Assembly (NCBI GenBank): GCA_964477795.1
Contig: CAYZFZ010000004.1
Span: forward strand, 1,013-65,012
Source of the DNA: an uncultured Bifidobacterium sp.
Lineage (GTDB): Bacteria > Actinomycetota > Acidimicrobiia > Acidimicrobiales > Ilumatobacteraceae
Direction of reading: 5' to 3'
Length of the DNA stretch: 64,000 nucleotides
The notes under the pieces were generated by a model. That model searched no databases. It had not been told where the DNA came from and was given only the letters and a program-made list of their open reading frames with translations. This document shows, one piece after another, positions 44,344 to 51,325 of this stretch. Numbering within the stretch: the stretch's first letter is position 1; every line of letters starts with the position of its first letter. Made by a program: the position numbers and the translations under genes.

Positions 44344-45116
44344 CCGTACCCGAACGATCGGCGCGCGGCGTGGTCGTAGCGCGCGGGTACGTTGCCGAAT
44401 CCCAGCAGCCGCCGGCGCTCGCCGTCCAGCTCGTCGGCGTCGCGCTGGCGCAGGCTGCCCGGGAAGTCCCAGTGCGGCTGCACCCAGCGGCGGGCGAACA
44501 GCACGTGGAGCGCTCGCCTCGGCCGTGCCGTCGTGTTCGCGCTCCCGGCGTGCACGCACGTGGCGTCGAACACCACAGCATCGCCCGGCTCGAGGGAGAC
44601 GTGGCGGGCTCCTCCCTCCATCGCCGCCGGCTCCGTTCCCTGGAAGGCGTCGCGGTGGCTGCCGGGCACCACCCGGGTGGCCCCGTTGGCCTTGTTGAAC
44701 TGGTTGAGCGCGACGACCGCGTGGAGGTAGAGGGTGACGCCCGGCGTGGGCACCGTGTGGTCGCGGTGCAGCGGCTGCCCCTCGCCTCCCGGGATCATCG
44801 ACTGGCCGTTGAAGCCGGCGAGCACGGAGTCGTCGCCCAGCACGGTGGCGGCGAGCTCGGTGAGCGTGCCAGGGCGGCACAGGTCGAGAAAGACCGGGTG
44901 CTTCGCCGGCAACATGTACGCGACGCGATAGGCGGGGGTGAGCCACTGGCGAGCCGCGGCGATGTCGTCCTCTGCCGCGAAGACCTCGTCGAGCGCATCC
45001 ACGCAGCGGGCCACCGCGTCGGCCGCGAGCACCGACGGCACCACGACGAACCCGTGCTGTTCGATGGCGCGCGAGCGCGCATCGTCCACCTGCGCCGCCG
45101 TGCGCGCGTGGTTCAC
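44334..45116 (-). CDS. Phytanoyl-CoA dioxygenase (PhyH) family Fe(II)/2-oxoglutarate oxygenase
   Basis: GTG at 45116 overlaps the upstream stop (GTGA). It has QPLHRDH (H-x-D) and a distal CVHAGSAN histidine, plus the typical PhyH N-terminus (IEQHGFVVVPSVL). Confidence 0.8.
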   Translation of the reverse strand: MNHARTAAQVDDARSRAIEQHGFVVVPSVLAADAVARCVDALDEVFAAEDDIAAARQWLTPAYRVAYMLPAKHPVFLDLCRPGTLTELAATVLGDDSVLAGFNGQSMIPGGEGQPLHRDHTVPTPGVTLYLHAVVALNQFNKANGATRVVPGSHRDAFQGTEPAAMEGGARHVSLEPGDAVVFDATCVHAGSANTTARPRRALHVLFARRWVQPHWDFPGSLRQRDADELDGERRRLLGFGNVPARYDHAARRSFGYGWG

Positions 45117-46225
45117 GGCACCCACCGACCGACGTGCGGCCACTGCTTCATCCGTCGCCGCGCGAGCGCGATGTCGATCGCTCGCCGCAGCCGCTCGCTC
45201 GCCTTGGTCCGCGCCAGCTCGTCGCGGTAGCCCTTCCATGCTGTTCCCAGCCCCACCACGTTGACGCTCGCGATCTGGCGGAGCGTGGGCGGCGGCAGCG
45301 ACGGGAAGCTGCCCTCCACGCCGGCGACGCGGATGGCGACCCCGCTGCGGATGCACTTCTCGCACTGCCCGCAGTTGTAGAGCCCGTCGCGGTTCTCGAA
45401 GCAGACGCGCAGGTGGTGGCGTGCTGCCGGCTCGCCGGCGATGGCGCGAACCTTCTCGAACCGTGTGGCGTCGGCGCCGTCGTGCACGATCTGCACCTGC
45501 TCGGTGCTCCACAGCGGGTCGAGCAGTGGATGCGAGCCGAGCGGGTAGAGGACCGCATAGGTGGTGGTGGCCGGCACGAACACCTTCGAGAAGTGTGGCG
45601 CCAGCAGCAACGCGACCGTGGCGAGCGCCGAGCCGTGGTAGTCGTCCCAGCTGATGCCGAACGAGGTGCTGTACGCGACGAGGTTGCACTCCACCTCGAT
45701 CAGCGGCAACCCGAGCATGCCGGCGGCAGCCTGCAGCCGGGCGGAGACCTGCTGGTTGAGCGGATCGTGCTGATCGTCGAGGAGGTCGAAGCCGTGCACG
45801 AAGATGAGCGCGTCGAGCTCGTCGCGACGACGCAGCACGCTGTGGAACGAGTCGATCCCGCCGGTGAAGAAGCAGGCCGTCCCTCGCCGGTTGGGGGTGC
45901 GAGGTGGCTCGTCGGCCGGTTCCTCGCGGCGGGTGGCCACCAGCGGCACCCGGCTGTACTTCGAATGGCCGGGATGCAGCGCACGGTCCCAGGTGACCAG
46001 GATGTCGGCGATGAGCTCGGCGTTGTCGACGAGGCGCGCGGACACCGGCCCGTCCACCACCAGCGGCTCGCCGGCGGCCATCGCGGGCAGCCAGCCGGCT
46101 GCGACGGCGGCGTCGGCGGTGCCGGCGGTGCGCACCTCGGGCGGGAACCGGAACGTCGCATGGGTCTTACCGTCGAAGCGAATGGTCACGTCGTCGCCGT
46201 CGCGGGCAGGCGGATGCGCGATCAC
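45113..46225 (-). CDS. PP-loop ATP-pyrophosphatase superfamily protein, QueC-like, with an extra approx. 125-aa N-terminal domain
   Basis: GGAGGGGAGG lies 6 nt upstream of the GTG at 46225, which forms a GTGA overlap. FFTGGIDS resembles the SGGxDS PP-loop. The C-terminal CGQCEKCIRSG resembles the QueC zinc motif CGxCxxCxxR. Confidence 0.55.
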   Translation of the reverse strand: MIAHPPARDGDDVTIRFDGKTHATFRFPPEVRTAGTADAAVAAGWLPAMAAGEPLVVDGPVSARLVDNAELIADILVTWDRALHPGHSKYSRVPLVATRREEPADEPPRTPNRRGTACFFTGGIDSFHSVLRRRDELDALIFVHGFDLLDDQHDPLNQQVSARLQAAAGMLGLPLIEVECNLVAYSTSFGISWDDYHGSALATVALLLAPHFSKVFVPATTTYAVLYPLGSHPLLDPLWSTEQVQIVHDGADATRFEKVRAIAGEPAARHHLRVCFENRDGLYNCGQCEKCIRSGVAIRVAGVEGSFPSLPPPTLRQIASVNVVGLGTAWKGYRDELARTKASERLRRAIDIALARRRMKQWPHVGRWVP

Positions 46226-47040
46226 CGTGACCTCCCCTCCCACGCATCGAGCGCGGCTCTGGCGCACGCGCCGATGTCGGCGGAGGTGCGTGCCGGGTCG
46301 TCCTGACCGTCGGTGAGGAAGCAGGCGATCAGGTCGCCGCTCGGGGCGTGGATGACACCGACGTCGTTGACCACGCCGGCAAGGCTGCCGGTCTTGTGCG
46401 AAACGATGATCTCGTCGGGCATGCGCAGCAAGATCCGCGAGTTGAACAAGCTCGACCGCAGCGCGGGTCGCAACGGGGCCAGCGCCGGCAGCTGGAAGAC
46501 CGCGGCGAGCACAGTGGCGCAGTCGGTAGCGGTGGTGACGTTCGCGCGACCGTGAGCGCTCAGCATCTCGTCGGCGAATCCGACGCGGAGCTGAGTGTCG
46601 GGGCAGCCGAGCGACGTGGACACCGCGTTCACGCGTTCCGCCCCGACGAGTTGCACCAGGTGCTCGGCGATGCGGTTGTCGCTGGTGGACAGCGCGAGTC
46701 GCGTCAGCTCTCCGATGCTGAAGCGGTGGTGCGGCAAGAGCGAGTCGAGCACGGACGGACCGATGCTGGACGGCAGGTCGGCCACGGCCACTCTCGCGTC
46801 GAGGTCGAACTGCGCGTCGGCTGCGAGGAGCTGGGCTGCAACCGAGACGAACACCTTGTGCACGCTGGCGCCCGGCCGAGAGACGTCGGCCGCGTGCCCC
46901 ACCGAGCACCTGCGTCCCACGAGCAGGACGCTGCGCCCGGGGTCGTGCCCGACGAAGCGATCGACGGCGGTGCGCCAGCATTCGTGCAACGCTTCGACGC
47001 GGCCGGTGCCGTTGCTCGACCGTCCCGTCACCGCCCTCAC
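46222..47040 (-). CDS. Class A beta-lactamase-related serine hydrolase
   Basis: SVHK (SxxK), STSDN (SDN) and HKTGS (KTG) occur in the right order and spacing. I recognised neither a signal peptide nor an obvious ExxLN omega-loop motif. Confidence 0.75.
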   Translation of the reverse strand: MRAVTGRSSNGTGRVEALHECWRTAVDRFVGHDPGRSVLLVGRRCSVGHAADVSRPGASVHKVFVSVAAQLLAADAQFDLDARVAVADLPSSIGPSVLDSLLPHHRFSIGELTRLALSTSDNRIAEHLVQLVGAERVNAVSTSLGCPDTQLRVGFADEMLSAHGRANVTTATDCATVLAAVFQLPALAPLRPALRSSLFNSRILLRMPDEIIVSHKTGSLAGVVNDVGVIHAPSGDLIACFLTDGQDDPARTSADIGACARAALDAWEGRSR

Positions 47041-47086
47041 CTCGGGAGACGCTACTCGCCGTGCGTCGCGGGCTGAACCTCCGCCC

Positions 47087-47104
47087 GCGGTTCACGTGAA
47101 CCGC
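47087..47104. promoter_or_regulatory. Perfect 18-bp palindrome between divergent operons
   Basis: GCGGTTCAC-GTGAACCGC. A second near-palindrome, ATGTTACTAGTAGCAT (14 of 16), lies at 47148..47163. Confidence 0.45.
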
Positions 47105-47189
47105 CGCCGAGATGCTCGGGGAATCGGGAACAAACCAATGCACTCGCATGTTACTAGTAGCATCGGAATCAAGAGCAAAGGTGATCGTG

Positions 47190-48059
47190 ATGAGTGAACG
47201 GAAACTGGAAGGCGTGTACTCGGGGGACGGGTTCCACTGGGTGGGCGACGGGTTCTACGTGACGCAGGTGTTGCCCGGCCGGGCCGGGTTGGAGGCGTTG
47301 GCGGATCCGTTCCTGTTGATGGACTACCACCCGCCGCGTGACTATGCGCCGACCGATCGTCCCCGCGGGGTCGGGGTGCATCCGCATCGTGGGTTCGAGA
47401 CGGTGACGCTGGCGTTCGAGGGTGCGGTCGCGCACCACGACTCGACTGGTGCGGGTGGCGTGATCCGCCCGGGTGATGTGCAGTGGATGACCGCCGCGCG
47501 CGGGATCCTGCACAAGGAGTACCACGAGGCCGACTGGGCCCGGGCCGGCGGCCTGTTCCACATGATGCAGCTGTGGGTGAACCTGCCGGGCCGCCACAAG
47601 ATGGACGACCCCGGCTATCAACCCCTCGAGGCAGCGCACATGGGCGACGTCGCGTTGCCGGGCGGTGGTCGGGTGCGGTTGATCGCCGGTGAGCTCGACG
47701 GTGTGCGAGGCCCGGCGCGCACGCATACGCCGATCGAGCTGTGGGACCTGACGCTGACACCGGGGGAGCGGGCCGAGCTGCACACTCCGGACGGGCACAC
47801 GACGATGGTCTTCGTGATCGACGGGCGGCTCGAGGCTGCCGGCGGCACGATCGAGCGGCAACAGCTGGGGATGTTCTCCCGCGACGGCGACCTCACCGTC
47901 CTCACTGCGGGAGATGCGGGGGCGCGGGCGATCCTGCTCGGTGGCGAGCCGATCGGGGAGCCGGTCGTGTTCTACGGTCCGTTCGTGATGAACACCGACG
48001 ACGAGATCGCCCAGGCCATCGCCGACTTCAATGCCGGCACGTTCGGGCACCTCGTATGA
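47190..48059 (+). CDS. Pirin-family protein
   Basis: GVGVHPHRGFETVTLAFEG...HDS.G..G.I.PGDVQWMTA..GI.H.E is the pirin N-terminal cupin signature. Confidence 0.9.
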   Translation: MSERKLEGVYSGDGFHWVGDGFYVTQVLPGRAGLEALADPFLLMDYHPPRDYAPTDRPRGVGVHPHRGFETVTLAFEGAVAHHDSTGAGGVIRPGDVQWMTAARGILHKEYHEADWARAGGLFHMMQLWVNLPGRHKMDDPGYQPLEAAHMGDVALPGGGRVRLIAGELDGVRGPARTHTPIELWDLTLTPGERAELHTPDGHTTMVFVIDGRLEAAGGTIERQQLGMFSRDGDLTVLTAGDAGARAILLGGEPIGEPVVFYGPFVMNTDDEIAQAIADFNAGTFGHLV

Positions 48060-48936
48060 ACCGCACCCCGCGCCCCGCGGCAAGGTGCCTGCGGTGATCA
48101 TCGAGCCGAGGTCGCGCCCCGTGGGCACGCTCACAGTCGGTCGCTTGCTGCCGTTCCGTCTGCGGCGCTCGGTGGGGCCGTTCGTGTTCTGCGACGTGAT
48201 GGGGCCGGTCGACTTCGAGCCCGGGGCCGGGCTCGACGTCGACGCCCACCCGCACATCGGGTTGTCGACGCTGACCTATCTGCTCGCCGGGCGGGCGCGG
48301 CATCGCGACTCACTCGGCGTTGTCCGCACCATCGAGGCGGGCGAGGTGAACTGGATGACCGCCGGGGCCGGGGTGTGCCACACCGAACGCTCCCTTGCCG
48401 AGGACCGCCGGAGTGCGGCCCGGTTGGCCGGGGTCCAGTTCTGGGTCGCGCTCCCCGACGGGGCCGAGGACGGCCCGGCGAGCTTCCAGCACGCCGGCTC
48501 GCAGGATGCACCGACGCTCGACGTCGATGGCAGCCGCGTGCGGTTGCTGGCCGGTACCGGGTGGGGGGAACGATCACCGGTGACCGGTTCGTCGCCCCTC
48601 GTGCTCGGCGATGTCGCCCTGACCGGCGGCCCTGTCCCGCTCGACGGTGAGCATGGCGAGTGGGCGGTGCTGGCCCTCGACGGTGCGCCGACCGTCGCCG
48701 GGCACCGTCTGGCGCCGCATCATCTGCACGTCATCGAGCCGGGCGAGCCGCTCGTCGTCGCCGGGTCCGGACGGGTTGTCGTCCTCGGTGGCCAGCCGCT
48801 CGGTCGGCGGCACATGTGGTGGAACTTCGTGCACTCCGACCCTGATCGCATCGAGGACGCCAAGCAACGCTGGTTGCGCCAGGAGTTCCCACGCGTTCCC
48901 GACGACCACGATCCCTACGTCCCGCTTCCCACCTGA
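48031..48936 (+). CDS. Pirin-family protein (YhhW-like), second copy
   Basis: DAHPHIGLSTLTYLLAG...HRDSLG....I..GEVNWMTAG.GV.H.E. The start is uncertain: 48031 overlaps the previous gene by 29 nt, and a GTG near 48094 is an alternative. Confidence 0.8.
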   Translation: MPARSGTSYEPHPAPRGKVPAVIIEPRSRPVGTLTVGRLLPFRLRRSVGPFVFCDVMGPVDFEPGAGLDVDAHPHIGLSTLTYLLAGRARHRDSLGVVRTIEAGEVNWMTAGAGVCHTERSLAEDRRSAARLAGVQFWVALPDGAEDGPASFQHAGSQDAPTLDVDGSRVRLLAGTGWGERSPVTGSSPLVLGDVALTGGPVPLDGEHGEWAVLALDGAPTVAGHRLAPHHLHVIEPGEPLVVAGSGRVVVLGGQPLGRRHMWWNFVHSDPDRIEDAKQRWLRQEFPRVPDDHDPYVPLPT

Positions 48937-48947
48937 AGGACCACGCC

Positions 48948-49265
48948 ATGAGCATCACCGTGACCGACAACCCCGCCGAATCCCGCTACGAGCTCCACAC
49001 CGACGGCCGGCTCGCAGCGTTCGTCGTCTACCGCCTCGACGGCAATGTCACCGACATGATCCACACCGAAACCCTCGACGGGTTCGCCGGCCAAGGTTTC
49101 GCCGGCCAGCTCGTCGCCGGCGCCCTCGCCGACGTACGCCGTCTCGGCCGGCACGTCCGCCCGACCTGCCCCTACGTGCGCGGCTACCTCGACAAGCACC
49201 CCGACCAACGCGACCTCGTCCCCGACGACCTCCGCGCCCGGCTCTTCGGAGACACGCCGACGTGA
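48948..49265 (+). CDS. Small GNAT-like acetyltransferase-fold protein (YjdJ type)
   Basis: 105 aa. NPAESRYEL..DG.LAAFVVYR.....D..HTE......GQGFAGQLV..AL.......G....P.CPYV fits the short GNAT family. Confidence 0.75.
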   Translation: MSITVTDNPAESRYELHTDGRLAAFVVYRLDGNVTDMIHTETLDGFAGQGFAGQLVAGALADVRRLGRHVRPTCPYVRGYLDKHPDQRDLVPDDLRARLFGDTPT

Positions 49266-49332
49266 ACCGGTTCTCACCGTGTTCTTCCGTGCCTCTGAGC
49301 CGTTTCCCAGGAAGGAGGTTCAGGGTGGGGGC

Positions 49333-51267
49333 ATGAACACCACACCCTCGCACGCCGATGACCACTTCGAGTTCGCCGCGAACGGCACCGATCACCTGAC
49401 GCGGCGTCGTCTGCTGCAAGGCATCGGTCTGGCCGGCTTGGCCGCGGCCGGTTCGAGCCTGTTGGGCCGTTCGGCTGCAGCGGCGGCGGTCGCGGAGATC
49501 CCGGAGGAGACGGCGGGCCCATACCCCGGGGACGGGTCGAACGGTCCGAATGTGTTGACCCAGTCGGGGGTGATCCGCAGCGACATCCGGTCCAGTTTCG
49601 GTTCCTACTCGGGATCCGCGGCGGGGGTGCCGACGATCGACATCACGGTGTTGAACAGCAACGACGGCACCCCGCTGGTCGGTGCGGCTGTGTACCTGTG
49701 GCATTGCACCCGGGAGGGCAGCTACTCGCTGTACACGTCGGGGGTCACCAACCAGAACTACCTGCGTGGTGTGCAGGTCACCGATGCGAACGGCAAGATC
49801 ACGTTCACGAGCATCTTCCCGGGCTGCTACTCGGGTCGTTGGCCGCACCTGCACTTCGAGGTGTATCCGGACGTGGCGTCCATCCTGTCGGTGTCGAACA
49901 AGATTGCCACGTCCCAGTTCGCGTTGCCGCAGGACGTCTGCCAGGCGGTGTACTCGGGGGCGAGCGGGTACTCGGCGAGCACCGGGAACCTGGCGCAGAT
50001 CTCGCTGGCGTCGGACAATGTGTTCTCCGACGGCTACAGCCAGCAGATGATGACGGCGACCGGTTCGGTCGCTGCCGGCTATGTGTTGTCGGGCACCGCA
50101 GCGGTCGACGCCGGCACCACCACGACGCCGACCACTCCGCCGGCGGCGCCCACGGTGACGTACGGGTACACGCCGATGTCGCCGACGCGTGTCCTCGATA
50201 CCCGTGATGGCACCGGCAGTGGCGTGGTCGCCAAGCTGGCGCAGCGCGGTGTGTTGGGATTGTCGTTGGCGTCGCGGCTCCCAGCCGACGCGGTGGCGGC
50301 GGTACTGAACGTGACCGCCACCAACCCCACCGCGCCGACGTATGTGACGGCGTATCCGGCGGGCACGACCCAGCCGACAGTGTCGAACCTGAACATCAAC
50401 GCCGCTGGTGACACGGTCGCCAACCTGGCCGTCGTCGCGTTGGGTGGTGACCGCAGTGTGGACCTGTTCAACAGCGCGGGCAGCGTCGATCTCGTCGCCG
50501 ACCTCGCCGGCTGGTTCAGCGCCAGCGGCACCGACCGGTTCGTTGCGGCCAGCCCGTCGCGCGTGCTGGACACCCGTGACGGCGTCGGAGGTGCGACCAC
50601 CGTCGCAGCAGGCGGGACGGTCACCCTCGACCTGTCGGGCAGGCTGCCGGCGGACGCGACCGCGGTGGTGTTGAACGTGACCGCGACCAACCCGACCGCG
50701 CCGGGTTACGTGACGGTGTTCCCTGCCGGCAGGGAGCGGCCGCTGGCGTCGAACCTGAACATCATCCGCGCCGGTCAGACCGTGCCCAACCTCGTCGCCG
50801 TCCAGGTCGGCACCGGACGCCGGGTCAGCCTGTACAACGCTTCCGGCACGGTCGATCTGGTCGCCGATCTGCTCGGCTGGTACACCCCGAGCGGGGCGGA
50901 TGAGTTCGTGCCGCTGTCCCCGGCGCGGGTGCTCGACACCCGCAACCGGATCGGCACCTCCACGATCGCCCAGCTCGGCGCCGGCTCGACCCTCACGCTC
51001 GCGCTGGCCGGCGCGGTGCCGGCGACTGCGACGGCGGTGGTGTTGAACGTGACCGCCACCAACCCGACCGGTGGCAGCTACCTGACCGTCTACCCGGCGG
51101 GCAGCAGCCGGCCGTACGCGTCGAACCTGAACACCGAGACGGGCCAGACGGTCGCCAACCTGGTCACCACCCCGCTCGGCACCGGCCTCGCTGTCGCGAT
51201 CTACAACAGCTCCGGCAGCGTCGACGTGATCGCCGACATCGCCGGCTACTTCCACCCCGCGCTGTAG
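49333..51267 (+). CDS. Tat-exported intradiol-dioxygenase-like domain protein with three C-terminal approx. 120-aa repeats
   Basis: GGAAGGAGG lies upstream of the ATG at 49333. Tat motif TRRRLLQGIG. ETAGPYPGDG...LWHCTREGSYS...GRWPHLHFEV resembles the dioxygenase C-terminal domain. Confidence 0.8.
   Translation: MNTTPSHADDHFEFAANGTDHLTRRRLLQGIGLAGLAAAGSSLLGRSAAAAAVAEIPEETAGPYPGDGSNGPNVLTQSGVIRSDIRSSFGSYSGSAAGVPTIDITVLNSNDGTPLVGAAVYLWHCTREGSYSLYTSGVTNQNYLRGVQVTDANGKITFTSIFPGCYSGRWPHLHFEVYPDVASILSVSNKIATSQFALPQDVCQAVYSGASGYSASTGNLAQISLASDNVFSDGYSQQMMTATGSVAAGYVLSGTAAVDAGTTTTPTTPPAAPTVTYGYTPMSPTRVLDTRDGTGSGVVAKLAQRGVLGLSLASRLPADAVAAVLNVTATNPTAPTYVTAYPAGTTQPTVSNLNINAAGDTVANLAVVALGGDRSVDLFNSAGSVDLVADLAGWFSASGTDRFVAASPSRVLDTRDGVGGATTVAAGGTVTLDLSGRLPADATAVVLNVTATNPTAPGYVTVFPAGRERPLASNLNIIRAGQTVPNLVAVQVGTGRRVSLYNASGTVDLVADLLGWYTPSGADEFVPLSPARVLDTRNRIGTSTIAQLGAGSTLTLALAGAVPATATAVVLNVTATNPTGGSYLTVYPAGSSRPYASNLNTETGQTVANLVTTPLGTGLAVAIYNSSGSVDVIADIAGYFHPAL
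50170..51264 (+). repeat. Three tandem coding repeats (period about 366 nt)
   Basis: Each unit has the pattern (S)P.RVLDTR...LNVTATNPT..(G)YVT.YPAG...P..SNLN...G.TV.N......G....V.L.N..G.VD..AD..G(W/Y)(F/Y). Units start near 50170, 50536 and 50904. Confidence 0.7.
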
Positions 51268-51271
51268 CCAC

Positions 51272-51316
51272 CCCGAACCGGGCGACCGCCTTCCGGTCAG
51301 GACCGCCCGGTTCGGG
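51272..51316. terminator. Bidirectional stem-loop between convergent genes
   Basis: CCCGAACCGGGCG (51272..51284) pairs with CGCCCGGTTCGGG (51304..51316), a 13-bp perfect stem with a 19-nt loop. Confidence 0.5.
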
Positions 51317-51325
51317 TTGTGACGG

